From an uncultured Candidatus Saccharibacteria bacterium (GTDB taxonomy: Bacteria; Patescibacteriota; Doudnabacteria; UBA920), in assembly GCA_964416765.1 (NCBI GenBank), contig CAYQEU010000002.1, positions 14,877 to 78,876 on the forward strand: a DNA stretch of 64,000 nucleotides, written 5' to 3'. Shown here in pieces: positions 51,083-61,108 of the stretch; positions within the stretch are counted from its first letter, which is position 1, and each line of letters begins with the position of its first letter. The translations under genes were made by a program, and so were the position numbers. Under the pieces are notes generated by a model, which did not search any database, had not been told where the DNA came from, and saw only the letters and a program-made list of their open reading frames with translations.

Positions 51083-51111
51083 GAATTTGCTGATGACTGA
51101 TTTAGAGGAAA

Positions 51112-51630
51112 CTACTTGGCGAGTTCAGTGAAGATAATCGCCACTGTCTTGGCTTTGGCAACCGGGTCATCCCCAATAGTTACCTGCACCTGCATGTTAG
51201 ATTTGGTAGCCAACATAGTCTTGCTGGTGGAACCCTTTACTGCCGGAGCGGCGGTTACGGTCCAACCGGCTTTCTGGAAGTAGGACTGGAACGCGGAATA
51301 GTTTTCGTCCACTGACTTCTTGGTCACGTATACTCGGGTACCAAGCTTGCGTCCGTCAGGAGTAGTAGTGTTGTAGTTCTTTACTACTTCGGCGCCGGCT
51401 TCTGAAGGAAGATCAGCCGGGAAGTAGTCTGGGCTCTTGCCTGAGTCAACCTGGGTGACTACGGGCTGGGCTGGGGCACTATTGGCGTTAGCCTGGTCAT
51501 TGCCAGGATTCCCCATATTGCCAGGCTGCCTTGAGCTAACTAAGGCAACGATAGAGATAGTAAAAATGGCAAGAGCGCCAACTGCGACAAATAGCCATAC
51601 TATTTTGCGTCCATGGTGATTTGGATCCAT
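51112..51630 (-). CDS. single-pass membrane protein
   Basis: N-terminal TM; PDYFPADLP...YFQKAGWTV motif. Confidence 0.75.
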   Translation of the reverse strand: MDPNHHGRKIVWLFVAVGALAIFTISIVALVSSRQPGNMGNPGNDQANANSAPAQPVVTQVDSGKSPDYFPADLPSEAGAEVVKNYNTTTPDGRKLGTRVYVTKKSVDENYSAFQSYFQKAGWTVTAAPAVKGSTSKTMLATKSNMQVQVTIGDDPVAKAKTVAIIFTELAK

Positions 51631-51709
51631 ATATTTTATTATTTATTACTTTTTGTTTCGAACAAAATTTATCTTATCTTTATTTTAGCACATTTATCAG
51701 AAAAAATCA

Positions 51710-51738
51710 AAAAGCCCGCACTATTTTGCGCGGGCTTT
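51710..51738 (-). terminator. intrinsic terminator after rpsP
   Basis: AAAGCCCGC...GCGGGCTTTTT on the minus strand. Confidence 0.8.
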
Positions 51739-51754
51739 GTCGTATCATGGTGGT

Positions 51755-52228
51755 TTATTCTGCTGGAGTTTCTTCCGGGGTTTCAGTTTTGGGCTCTTCT
51801 GCGGAGGTTTCTGGGGCGGCTTCTTCAGTTGTTTCAGCAGCTTCTTCCTCAGTAGGAGCTTCAGACTGGGCAGTTTCAGCTTCGGCTGCAGCGGCAGCTT
51901 GGGCTTCGGCCTCTGCCTTGGCTTTGGCTTCTTCCTCGGCGCGTTTTGCCTTTACCTTAGTCGGCACATTAAAAGCTCTTAATTTAGAGGAATTTAGCAA
52001 ATTCTTGCTAATCAGAAGGTTGTTTAAAGTCGGGGAAATCGCTACATGCTGTTCCACCCAGTACTTTAAGCGGGCTTCATCCTTGATGGAGAAAGCTTTG
52101 GTGCGAGGGTTGTAGTTACCGAGGATTTCTACGAATTTCTTGTTGGCGGCAGCTTCACGTTGCGCCAAAACAATACGGAATTCTGGCTTGTTCTTGCTTC
52201 CTGCGCGTTGTAAACGGAGAGTTAACAT
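51755..52228 (-). CDS. rpsP: 30S ribosomal protein S16 with acidic C-terminal extension
   Basis: MLTLRLQRAGSKNKPEFRIVL...FVEILGNYNP...YWVEQ. Confidence 0.95.
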   Translation of the reverse strand: MLTLRLQRAGSKNKPEFRIVLAQREAAANKKFVEILGNYNPRTKAFSIKDEARLKYWVEQHVAISPTLNNLLISKNLLNSSKLRAFNVPTKVKAKRAEEEAKAKAEAEAQAAAAAEAETAQSEAPTEEEAAETTEEAAPETSAEEPKTETPEETPAE

Positions 52229-52305
52229 CTAAAACTTAGAAAATATGAATAATTAGCTTTGATATTCTAGCATTTACGGCCTTTTTGGTCAAGGATAGCC
52301 TAAAA

Positions 52306-52935
52306 TTAGGCCTTTTTTGATGATGACCGGTGCCGGAAATGGCGAATTACCCAGAAAATAGCACCCAAAACTATCAAAGCAACAAGGGCGTAGTCCAAAC
52401 CATGAAACCGTTCCCGCAAGCTAATCCATTCCGGGCCGAGCTTCATCCCAAGGTAAGCCAGGGCATAGCTCCAGATAACCGAGCCGAGGAATGAGTATAA
52501 AATAAATTTTCCGAAGTTTACTTTCGCGATTCCGGCCGGGATAGAAATAAAAGTTCGGACGACCGGCAACATGCGGCCGATGAAAGACGACAACATGCCA
52601 AACCGGGCAAAGAAACGGTCGGACAACTCGAGGTCGTGCTCTGAAATCAAAACATACTTTCCGTAGCGCTCTACCAAAGGGCGGCCGCCCCATCTACCGA
52701 TGGCGTAAGTCACCGCGGCACCAGCGGCTGAACCTAACCCACCCGCCAGAGAAACGCCTATCAAACTAAAACGTCCTTCGCTAACCAGGAAGCCAGCGAA
52801 CGGCATAATAATTTCCGACGGCAAAGGAATCGCGGCGGACTCAATGGCCATGAGCAAGCCGACGCCGAAGTATCCGCCGGTGGAAATAACCTGGATAATA
52901 AAATTTGTGAGAACGGAGATTATATGTGCAAGCAT
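52306..52935 (-). CDS. dedA: DedA family membrane protein
   Basis: ESAAIPLPSEIIMPFAG, YAIGRWGGR, GRMLPVVRTFISIPAG. Confidence 0.96.
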   Translation of the reverse strand: MLAHIISVLTNFIIQVISTGGYFGVGLLMAIESAAIPLPSEIIMPFAGFLVSEGRFSLIGVSLAGGLGSAAGAAVTYAIGRWGGRPLVERYGKYVLISEHDLELSDRFFARFGMLSSFIGRMLPVVRTFISIPAGIAKVNFGKFILYSFLGSVIWSYALAYLGMKLGPEWISLRERFHGLDYALVALIVLGAIFWVIRHFRHRSSSKKA

Positions 52936-55556
52936 TATTTCGCAAAGGCTGTTGCCTGGTCAAACTTAATTGATAGAAGTTTTGATACGCCGTCATCTCC
53001 CATGGTCACTCCGTAAAGCATGGCGGACTGCGCCATGGTTTCACGGTTATGGGTGATGGTAATGAACTGGGTTTGGTGTGACAGTGTGCCTAGGATTTGG
53101 CCAAAACGGATTGTGTTCGCTTCGTCGAGCGCGGCATCGACTTCATCCAAAACTACAAACGGTGATGGGAAGCACGCGAGCAAAGAACAAAGCAACGCAA
53201 TGGAAGTCAATGCCCTTTCCCCGCCGGACAATGCCTGGATGGTGGCAAGTTTTTTCCCTGGAGGCGTGGCTTTTATTTCAACCCCGGAAACATTCATGGT
53301 GCCCTTTTCGTATTTAGCGACAAGTTTTTCTTCCGGACGCATGGTGTCGTTTGCCGTGTCGGCGTTATCTTCCGCTTCCTCCTCAGCTTCTTCCGCTTCA
53401 GTTTTTTCCTCGCCACTGCGCACCAAAGAAAGGTAAGCGCGGCCGCCGTTAAACAAAGTTCGGAAATATTGTTCGAACTTGTCCTGCACTCCCTTAAACG
53501 CTTCGTTGAACGCGGTTTTGATATGGACATCAAGCTCGTCCATAACGGCTTTCAAATCCTCAATGGCTTTTTTAAGGTCATTAACCTGCCCGGTCAGGGA
53601 AGTGTAGCGTTCTTCAGTTTCGCGGTATTCCTGCATGGTTAATTCATCAATGCCGCCGATCAATTCCAACTGATGCTTCAACTTTTCAATTTTTTCGTGC
53701 AAGCCCGGTTCAACTTGGGTAATAGGGTGCTGAGCGACTTCGCGCAGACCTTCTTCACCCAACGCCTGGCGCAGTTCCGTGCTAATAACCTCTAAAGCAG
53801 CTTCTTTTTTGGCTTTTTGGATCTGGATGCCGCCTTCTTTGTCGCGGACCGAATTGACTTTGGAACTGGCAGAGCGGAAAGCCTGGTCCTGATCGGCCAG
53901 GAAAACTTTAAATTTATTCTCGGCTTCGTACAATCCTGACAGGGTTTTCTGGACATTCTCAATACGGCTAGTGACGTCATCAACTTTGGCCTGGATGGAT
54001 TTTTCTTCCGCGACCATCTTTTCCAAAAAATCCCCAGAAGAGGTACTGCCAGCTTGTTTCAATTCCAGTTCCAAACGAAGTTTTTCTTGTTCTAGCCCTT
54101 TAAGTTGCTGGGCGAGGAAATCGGTGGTAACCCCGGCCTTGGACTGTTCCACGGACAACTGGTTTAGGCTGGCGGTTAAGGTTTCCTTTTGCGTGGTCAG
54201 CTGCTGCAAAGTTGATTGCAGCTCTGCGCCGCGCCGGCTGGTGTCGCCAATCGCTTTCGCGGTGTTGAAAAACTTCCGCCACTGGTGGCGCAGACTTTCG
54301 CTGGCGGACATAACCGTGGAAACATCGGACATGGATGGCAAGCGGTCCCAGAACTCGCTCATCTTTTGGTCGAGTAAAGAAAGTTCAAGCTGAAGCGAGT
54401 CCAAGCCCTGGCCAGTGGGGGCGCTTAGTTCACGATAGGTCTTTTCAATTGAGGCGTTCATCTCTTCCACCTGGCGGCGCTGTTGCTGCAAACGCTCGGA
54501 CAGATTAGCTTGGTTTTCTTTTTCTGATTTCAATTGTTTTTCGAGCTCAGCAATTTTCTGGGTTATGGTATGCTCTTCCACGCGCAAAGTGTCGGTGTCC
54601 CCAACACCGCTTTTTTGGCTTTGCATCTTTCCCCGAACCAAACTCAGGTTCTCAAGCAAGGCATTTTTTTCGCCCTGTAATTTTTGCAGTTCAGCTTGTT
54701 CGTTCTGGTACTTCTTTAACTCCTCGGTCCGGTCTTTTTCCAGCTGCTCCATGTTACTCAAATAACCGGCGATTTCGGCTTCCAACGCGGTGCGATCATT
54801 GAGGTTCTGTTCCAGTTCCTTATTAACCACGTCGAGCTCATGCTTCACCTGCCAGTAGCTGTGGCCAAGAAATTGTTTTTGGTACGAGCGCAGTTCCACC
54901 TGGATTGTTTCGCGCGCTTCCATCCGTTTGGCCTGACGGCGAAGCGACTTAACCCGTGGTTCCAATTCGGCAATGAGGTCTTCGGCGCGCATCAGGTTTT
55001 GCGCGGTCTGCTCCAACCGCCGCAGGGTGCGCTCCCGCTTAATGTAGTATGATTTTACACCGCTTGCTTCATCAATCAGATTCTTTACTTCAGCGGGGCC
55101 GGCTAAAATCATTTGGTCTATGGTACCCTGGCCGATAACAGTGTAGCGGGAAGTTCCGATATTAGATTTTAATACCAAATCAACAATGTCTAATAATCGA
55201 ACCTTGGCCCCGTTTATCAGATACTCACTGTCCCCGTTGCGGTAAATGCGGCGACCAATGCTGACTTCAGCGGCGTCTAGGGGAATTTTGTGGTCATGGT
55301 TGTCGAAAGTAGTAAAAACTTCGGCAAAGTTCATTCGGGTGCGTTTGTCGGAACCGGCGAAGATTACATCCTCACTCTTTTTCCCGCGCATGAGCTTGCT
55401 GCTCTGCTCCCCCAAAACCCAACGAAGACAGTCGGCAATATTACTTTTGCCGCTGCCGTTAGGGCCGACTATGGAAGTTACGCCGGGCTGGAACTCTAAT
55501 GTAGTTTTTTTCGCGAATGATTTAAACCCTTGTATTTCTAAACGTTTGAGGTACAT
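52935..55556 (-). CDS. smc: chromosome segregation protein SMC, short form (873 aa)
   Basis: GFKSFA, Walker A GPNGSGKSN, QG loop, LSGGE signature, LDEVDAALD, ITH; immediately after rnc. Confidence 0.93.
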   Translation of the reverse strand: MYLKRLEIQGFKSFAKKTTLEFQPGVTSIVGPNGSGKSNIADCLRWVLGEQSSKLMRGKKSEDVIFAGSDKRTRMNFAEVFTTFDNHDHKIPLDAAEVSIGRRIYRNGDSEYLINGAKVRLLDIVDLVLKSNIGTSRYTVIGQGTIDQMILAGPAEVKNLIDEASGVKSYYIKRERTLRRLEQTAQNLMRAEDLIAELEPRVKSLRRQAKRMEARETIQVELRSYQKQFLGHSYWQVKHELDVVNKELEQNLNDRTALEAEIAGYLSNMEQLEKDRTEELKKYQNEQAELQKLQGEKNALLENLSLVRGKMQSQKSGVGDTDTLRVEEHTITQKIAELEKQLKSEKENQANLSERLQQQRRQVEEMNASIEKTYRELSAPTGQGLDSLQLELSLLDQKMSEFWDRLPSMSDVSTVMSASESLRHQWRKFFNTAKAIGDTSRRGAELQSTLQQLTTQKETLTASLNQLSVEQSKAGVTTDFLAQQLKGLEQEKLRLELELKQAGSTSSGDFLEKMVAEEKSIQAKVDDVTSRIENVQKTLSGLYEAENKFKVFLADQDQAFRSASSKVNSVRDKEGGIQIQKAKKEAALEVISTELRQALGEEGLREVAQHPITQVEPGLHEKIEKLKHQLELIGGIDELTMQEYRETEERYTSLTGQVNDLKKAIEDLKAVMDELDVHIKTAFNEAFKGVQDKFEQYFRTLFNGGRAYLSLVRSGEEKTEAEEAEEEAEDNADTANDTMRPEEKLVAKYEKGTMNVSGVEIKATPPGKKLATIQALSGGERALTSIALLCSLLACFPSPFVVLDEVDAALDEANTIRFGQILGTLSHQTQFITITHNRETMAQSAMLYGVTMGDDGVSKLLSIKFDQATAFAK

Positions 55557-55559
55557 GTG

Positions 55560-56267
55560 TTAGTTTTGTTTTGGTTCGGTTTGGTTGAAGCGGTCAAGTG
55601 CGTTTTGCGCGGCCACAATTTCTGCTTCCTGTTTTGACGGGCCTTCACCTCGGCCAATTTCAGTGGTGTCCATAAATGCCGCGACTACGAATACTTTATT
55701 ATGGTCAGGGCCGCTTTCTGAAACAACGCCATAAGTCGGGGTGACACCCCTCTTCTCCTGGACCAGTTCCTGCAGTTTGCTTTTGGGATCGAGGTAAGTA
55801 CCACCTTCAATGATTTGCGGAAGTTCCACCAGAATTTCCTTTTCGACAAACTTCTGCGTGGCTTCGTATCCGGCGTCCAGATACAGCGCGCCAATAACCG
55901 CCTCAATGCAGTTGGCCAAAATCACCTGACGGGCGCGTCCGGTATCCCTGGCCTCACCTTTGGACATTAACAAGAACTGTTCCAAGCCCAGACGGCTGGC
56001 AATTGAGGAAAGCATTTTGTAATTAACCAGCGCGCTGCGGAAGTTAGTAAGTTCGCCTTCCGAGTGTTCGTAATTCTTGTACAAGTACTCGGTGGCGATG
56101 ATTTCCAAAACCGCGTCACCCAAAAATTCCAACCGTTCGTTATGCGGCAAATGAAAAGTCCGGTTCTCATTGAGATAAGACCGGTGGGTAAAAGCGGAAA
56201 TATATAAATCCGGGTTGTTGATTTTGGTGCCGAGGATACCCTCTAGGGTTTCTTGGTTTATAGCCAT
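55560..56267 (-). CDS. rnc: ribonuclease III
   Basis: AFTHRSY, NERLEFLGDAVL, EAVIGALYLD, dsRBD DPKSKLQE...SKQEAE. Confidence 0.98.
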   Translation of the reverse strand: MAINQETLEGILGTKINNPDLYISAFTHRSYLNENRTFHLPHNERLEFLGDAVLEIIATEYLYKNYEHSEGELTNFRSALVNYKMLSSIASRLGLEQFLLMSKGEARDTGRARQVILANCIEAVIGALYLDAGYEATQKFVEKEILVELPQIIEGGTYLDPKSKLQELVQEKRGVTPTYGVVSESGPDHNKVFVVAAFMDTTEIGRGEGPSKQEAEIVAAQNALDRFNQTEPKQN

Positions 56268-56289
56268 TGGCTTTGGTTAACGGAGTTCG

Positions 56290-56362
56290 GCCATAATCCT
56301 TTTCGGCAAAGCGCGCAATGTTACGAAGTCCCATTGCAAGTTTTGCCAAAGAGGCATATGGC
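56290..56362 (-). promoter_or_regulatory. long imperfect stem-loop in the rnc leader (candidate RNase III site)
   Basis: GCCATA/TATGGC, CCT/AGG, TTGGCAAA/TTTGCCGA, GCAATG/CATTGC nested pairing. Confidence 0.65.
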
Positions 56363-56365
56363 GGC

Positions 56366-56442
56366 TGGTGGACGATAGTGGATTCGGACCACTGACCTTT
56401 CCCACGTCAAGGGAACGCTCTAACCAACTGAGCTAATCGTCC
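56366..56442 (-). tRNA. tRNA-Val(GAC)
   Basis: GGACGAT...ATCGTCC-ACCA, anticodon loop TT-GAC-GT; T loop TCCGAAT. Confidence 0.93.
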
Positions 56443-56476
56443 TAAAAGCTAGGAAATCCTCAATATTCTACTATAT

Positions 56477-57442
56477 TTAGGCGGTTTTGTCTACCGAAAC
56501 TTTTAGCAACAAACTCTCGGTTACCCCCTTTTCCGGCACGAGTTTAGTAGGTTTTACAAAGTGATGGAAAAATAGGAACAATCCCACATTAAAGACTGCG
56601 TTCAGGAAGCCCAACCAGACCAGGAACAAGACGCCAATCACATCGGGCTGGGAAGCATAGCCGTGCCAGACGTTCAAGGAGTCGAATTGCGGACCCACGT
56701 GAGTGAAAACCGCGCGAGCGGCATTGGCCACTTCAAGTCCCGCTACCACTCCCGCGGTGTAAATTGCCAAGAGCAGTACACAAGTCACAAAGAGTTGCTT
56801 TAGGTGCTGGCGAATTAGCCGACTGGCTGTCGTCAAAGCATCATGGAAACGCTGTTGATACAAGACGGCATAGGCCGCTCCAAAAAAATTCAACAGGGAA
56901 AACAATAGCATAAACAAAATAAACAGTCCCGTACCCAGCACCACCATGGCGGGAATTGGCGCGATGTACCTCTGCCATAATAATGGCCCTGATAATACCG
57001 AGCTCACTATCCCCTGGGACAAGGCGACGAAAATACTGACTCCCAGTACAGTCGGCAATGACCTTCTGCCGAAGCGGAACAATTTCTTCTGCTGCCGCCA
57101 GATAGTTAGTTCCTGGTCGTCGAGCTTTTTTCCCAAGCGTTGCACGTTCAGCAAGTCGGCTACGTTATAGATAAAGACAATTTTTACCCAATTGAGAATT
57201 ACCCACCCAATAATAATAGCGATCACGAAAACTACCCACTGCCAAATGAATCTGTCTGGGTCAGACAGCGAGCCCCGCCAAAACTGCATAGCCCACCGGC
57301 CCGTATGCGAAAAGCCGGAGTGGGATAAAAACAGCCAGTTGAAATTAAAACCTCCCGCCAAAAAAATTCCAAAAAACCACAGCAACGGGTTATTAATGGT
57401 AACCCGAATTGCTGTGGCTGCAATTTTGGAATAGTCGATCAA
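56477..57442 (-). CDS. polytopic membrane protein
   Basis: About six TM helices; LWFFGIFLAGG N-terminal motif; TTG start. Confidence 0.75.
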   Translation of the reverse strand: MIDYSKIAATAIRVTINNPLLWFFGIFLAGGFNFNWLFLSHSGFSHTGRWAMQFWRGSLSDPDRFIWQWVVFVIAIIIGWVILNWVKIVFIYNVADLLNVQRLGKKLDDQELTIWRQQKKLFRFGRRSLPTVLGVSIFVALSQGIVSSVLSGPLLWQRYIAPIPAMVVLGTGLFILFMLLFSLLNFFGAAYAVLYQQRFHDALTTASRLIRQHLKQLFVTCVLLLAIYTAGVVAGLEVANAARAVFTHVGPQFDSLNVWHGYASQPDVIGVLFLVWLGFLNAVFNVGLFLFFHHFVKPTKLVPEKGVTESLLLKVSVDKTA

Positions 57443-57466
57443 GTTTTTTGTTTTAGGTCAGTTGCC

Positions 57467-59344
57467 TTAGTCGGCTACCGTTTCTTCGTCGAGAACCGGC
57501 GCGAAATCCTGCTTCTTTTTTTCGTCGGGAAGAATATCTTTAACAATTTCCGCGAATTGGTCCTGTTCCAAGGTTTCTTCCTTGATCAGGCGCTGGGCAA
57601 TGGTATCCAGGTAATTACGATGCTTGGTTAAAATTTCGGTGGCGCGCTGATAACCTTCGGTCATGATGCGTTTAACTTCGGCGTCGATGGACTTGGCCAC
57701 TTCTTCGCTATAGTTGCGCTGTTCACCCAGGTCTTTGCCCAGGAACACCATTTCATGCGATTCGCCTAATGTAACCGGGCCGAGCGCGTCGCTCATGCCA
57801 TACGCGGTAACCAAGCGGCGGGCCAGGTTAGTGGCAACCTTAATGTCGTTGCTGGCACCGGTAGTGAGTTCATTAAAGACCAGGCGTTCGGCGGCATATC
57901 CGCCCAATAAAGCGGCTATTTCATCAAGGAAACTGGATTTTGTGTTCATATGCTTGTCTTCAACCGGGAGCTTCATGGTGTAACCAGCGGCACGGCCGCG
58001 GGAAAGAATAGTGACCTTGTGGACCGGGTCAGAGAAAGGCAATACGGAACCAACCAAGGCATGTCCCCCTTCGTGGTAAGCCGTAACTTCCTTCTCCTTG
58101 GCGGAAAGGATATGGCTCTTGCGCTGTGGACCCAGCATGACTTTTTCAATCGCTTCACGTAGTTCTTCGTTCCCAATTTCTTTCCTGTTGGCGCGGGCAG
58201 CCAGAATAGCGCCTTCGTTAATCAAGTTGGCCAAATCAGCACCGGAGAAGCCAGGAGTGCGCTCGGCAATCTTATGCAGGTCCACGTCTTTGGCTAGCGG
58301 CTTGCGGCGAACGTGGACTTTCAAAATCGCTTCACGGTCTTTGATGTCAGGGAGGTCCAAAACCACCTGTCGGTCAAAACGGCCGGGGCGAAGCAGAGCC
58401 GGATCCAGTACGTCAGGACGGTTAGTGGCTGCAATAACGATAATGTTAGTGTCGGTTTCAAACCCATCCATCTCAACCAAAATTTGGTTCAGGGTTTGCT
58501 CGCGTTCGTCATGCCCTCCGCCAAGACCCGTACCGCGCTGGCGGCCGACTGCATCAATTTCATCTATGAAAACAATACAAGGGGCGTTCTTCTTGGCGCG
58601 CTTAAATAAGTCGCGGACACGGCTGGCACCAACACCAACGAACATTTCCACGAACTCAGAACCGGAAATATGGAAGAACGGCACGTTCGCTTCACCGGCG
58701 ACGGCGCGGGAAAGCAACGTCTTACCAACACCAGGACTGCCCAGCAATAAAACGCCTTTCGGAATTTTGGCGCCTAAGGCCAAGAACTTTTGTGGATACT
58801 TTAGGAAGTCTACTATTTCGCTCAATTCTTCCTTAGCTTCGGCACTGCCGGCAACGTCAGCAAAGCGAACCTGGTTTTTTCGTTCATCATTCAAACGGGC
58901 GGAACTTTGGCCGAAGGTCAACGCGCGGTTGTTGGTGCCTTGCACCTGGCGCATAAGGAAATATATAAACAAGCCGATCACAATCAAAGGAAGGATGAAA
59001 GGCAAGATTTGTCCCGCAATGGCGCCCGCGGTGCTGCTGTTCTTAAATTCAATATTGACCTTGGAAATTTTTTCCTGGCTAATGCCATTGTCCTTGAAAA
59101 ACTGCGGGATCTGGGTGTTAGCCCCAATGGTAGCCTGGAGTTTTTCCTTGGTGTCTCTGCGTTCAGCAATAATGTCATTCGGTTCAACGGTAATGGAGCT
59201 GATTTTTTCCTGGTCAACCAAGTCGCGGACTTCAGACAACGAGGTGGATTTTACATCGCCTTTGCTGGTTAGCGCGGCATAAATTCCGAACAGAACGAGA
59301 AAACCAATGAGCACGAATATTATTTGTCTAACAATTTTTCCCAT
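57467..59344 (-). CDS. ftsH: ATP-dependent zinc metalloprotease FtsH
   Basis: Two TMs, [32 protein letters not shown]. Confidence 0.99.
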   Translation of the reverse strand: MGKIVRQIIFVLIGFLVLFGIYAALTSKGDVKSTSLSEVRDLVDQEKISSITVEPNDIIAERRDTKEKLQATIGANTQIPQFFKDNGISQEKISKVNIEFKNSSTAGAIAGQILPFILPLIVIGLFIYFLMRQVQGTNNRALTFGQSSARLNDERKNQVRFADVAGSAEAKEELSEIVDFLKYPQKFLALGAKIPKGVLLLGSPGVGKTLLSRAVAGEANVPFFHISGSEFVEMFVGVGASRVRDLFKRAKKNAPCIVFIDEIDAVGRQRGTGLGGGHDEREQTLNQILVEMDGFETDTNIIVIAATNRPDVLDPALLRPGRFDRQVVLDLPDIKDREAILKVHVRRKPLAKDVDLHKIAERTPGFSGADLANLINEGAILAARANRKEIGNEELREAIEKVMLGPQRKSHILSAKEKEVTAYHEGGHALVGSVLPFSDPVHKVTILSRGRAAGYTMKLPVEDKHMNTKSSFLDEIAALLGGYAAERLVFNELTTGASNDIKVATNLARRLVTAYGMSDALGPVTLGESHEMVFLGKDLGEQRNYSEEVAKSIDAEVKRIMTEGYQRATEILTKHRNYLDTIAQRLIKEETLEQDQFAEIVKDILPDEKKKQDFAPVLDEETVAD

Positions 59345-59372
59345 GAATATGCGGTCTTAATAATGTATCTAG

Positions 59373-59459
59373 TGGTGCCGAAGGTGGGACTTGAACCCAC
59401 AAGCCGTTGCCGGCGCTAGCTCCTAAGGCTAGTGCGTATGCCAATTCCGCCACTTCGGC
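59373..59459 (-). tRNA. tRNA-Leu(TAG)
   Basis: GCCGAAG...CTTCGGC-ACCA, anticodon loop CT-TAG-GA, long variable arm. Confidence 0.97.
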
Positions 59460-59486
59460 AAAGTAAGATCAATTTTAACACAAAAC

Positions 59487-59510
59487 AAAAAACCGGACTA
59501 GGCCGGTTTT
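59487..59510 (-). terminator. intrinsic terminator after the pilin array
   Basis: AAAACCGG-CCTAGT-CCGGTTTTTT on the minus strand. Confidence 0.75.
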
Positions 59511-59522
59511 GTCTTGTTTTGG

Positions 59523-59984
59523 CTAGATATTGGAGGTTAACTGCTTAGTCAAAGCGGAAACTATCACGTAAGAAAGTATGACTATCGCAACGCCAATCAA
59601 GGCATATACGAGAGTTTGCCGTCCTTTGGTGGCCTGTTCCTCGTTGCCGCGGGCTGTAATGTAATAGTAGCCACCGATGATAACAAATACCACCGCGATT
59701 ATGCCGGCAAAGTAGAGCATGTACTTAACTATCATGGCTATGAGGCCGGTGGCTGTAGTTTGGCCGACCAGGGAATTATTCCCGCCATTAATGGGATTTT
59801 TTGGCAAACAAAGAGGGCCAGCCTGTTCAAATTCACCGCAATCCCCTGAAGACGTAGTGCCGCCATTGTTGTCTGGCGGATCAGCATGAACCAGGGCGGG
59901 GGCAAGGCTAGCCGCGCTCATCAGCATCAAAAAGCTTACCACTATGGCACTATATATATTTTGAAGCGAGAAATTCTTTTTCAT
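59523..59984 (-). CDS. VirB2/TrbC-like pilin
   Basis: Signal peptide, Cys pair, IAVVFVIIGGYYYITARGNEEQATKGRQTLVYALIG. Confidence 0.88.
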   Translation of the reverse strand: MKKNFSLQNIYSAIVVSFLMLMSAASLAPALVHADPPDNNGGTTSSGDCGEFEQAGPLCLPKNPINGGNNSLVGQTTATGLIAMIVKYMLYFAGIIAVVFVIIGGYYYITARGNEEQATKGRQTLVYALIGVAIVILSYVIVSALTKQLTSNI

Positions 59985-59990
59985 ATGTTT

Positions 59991-60527
59991 TTAAATACAA
60001 GGAGGTTGTCCTACGCCACCGCAAGCAGTGCCGTTTCCATTATTGCTGTTGCCACCGCTGTTATTACCGCCGCCATTGTTGGTGTTAACAGTGCCATTTC
60101 CACCTCCGCCTGTTCCGTTGGCACCGTTGCGGACGAAAGTAAGAACAGCGTTAACTATGACAAACGACAACAACACAATAACCAAACCAATTAAAGCATA
60201 AATCAAAGTTTGCCGGCCGGCTGTGGCTTTTTCCTCATTGCCCGCGGAAGTGATGTACTGGTAACCACCGTAGATGACCATAATAACCGCGACGGCGAAA
60301 GCAATACCAAGGGCAATATTAATAATCTGGCCAAAAATTTCTGCTGGCGTTTTGCCAGAGAAAACAGTGTTGGGATAAGAATTGCCGGTAGAGTTTTTTA
60401 ACTGGTTTAGCCCGTCACCCACGCCGTCAGCATGGCTCAAAGCTGGAGCAACGAGCAAAACAGAAAAGCTGGCCATAAGGGCAGCGATGAACAAGATGGC
60501 TTTGCGGAAAGTTTTTTGTGTAGTCAT
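59991..60527 (-). CDS. VirB2/TrbC-like pilin with Gly/Asn tail ending CGGVGQPPCI
   Basis: VAVIMVIYGGYQYITSAGNEEKATAGRQTLIYALIG. Confidence 0.88.
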   Translation of the reverse strand: MTTQKTFRKAILFIAALMASFSVLLVAPALSHADGVGDGLNQLKNSTGNSYPNTVFSGKTPAEIFGQIINIALGIAFAVAVIMVIYGGYQYITSAGNEEKATAGRQTLIYALIGLVIVLLSFVIVNAVLTFVRNGANGTGGGGNGTVNTNNGGGNNSGGNSNNGNGTACGGVGQPPCI

Positions 60528-60595
60528 GGGTTTCAATCCCAGCGGGCCAAATGTTTGGCCAGCCGAGACTGACCCGCACAGAGTGCGGGACAGGG

Positions 60596-61012
60596 CTAGG
60601 TGTTGTTTGCCACGAAGCGGTAAACAGCACTGACAATTACGAAAGATAATACAATAACCACTATACCAATAAGGGAGTAAACAATAGCATTCTTCCCTTT
60701 TTCAGCAGACTCCTCGTTACCAGCGGATGTAATGTACAGGAAGCCGCCGTAGATCAAATAAATAACAGCAACGAAGAACGCGATACCCAGGGCATAGTTG
60801 ATGATAGTCTTAAAGAGACTAGGCAAATCAACGTTTTGGTCACAACGAACCCCGGTACCCTGACACTGGTTGGTAAAGTTGTTGATGTAAGGGGTCTGAG
60901 CTGTAGCGTGGCCGCTAAAAGCGAATGGAGCAAGGGCGATAACCATTACTACCACCATCTGAGCTACTACTAACCAATTTGTCTTTTTTAGAAGTTGTTT
61001 CAATTGTTTCAC
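60596..61012 (-). CDS. VirB2/TrbC-like pilin, candidate major subunit
   Basis: VAVIYLIYGGFLYITSAGNEESAEKGKNAIVYSLIG; GGAAGG SD-like sequence before GTG; own promoter-like sequence and downstream hairpins. Confidence 0.88.
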   Translation of the reverse strand: MKQLKQLLKKTNWLVVAQMVVVMVIALAPFAFSGHATAQTPYINNFTNQCQGTGVRCDQNVDLPSLFKTIINYALGIAFFVAVIYLIYGGFLYITSAGNEESAEKGKNAIVYSLIGIVVIVLSFVIVSAVYRFVANNT

Positions 61013-61108
61013 CCCCTTCCGGGATTACATAAGCCTGCGGGTATAGGCTTATGAAGGATGGCTAGTTCAAAAATCACTGATAAAATCGTACCATATTTCC
61101 CGCGATTT

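Noticed and set aside
51755-51960. Ala/Glu-rich tail of S16 and acidic tail of NusA
   Set aside because: Low-complexity acidic extensions on these proteins are common in many bacteria.
58098-59282. 394-aa plus-strand ORF (also 44042-44881)
   Set aside because: Antisense to the highly conserved ftsH (and rny); a common stop-poor shadow frame.
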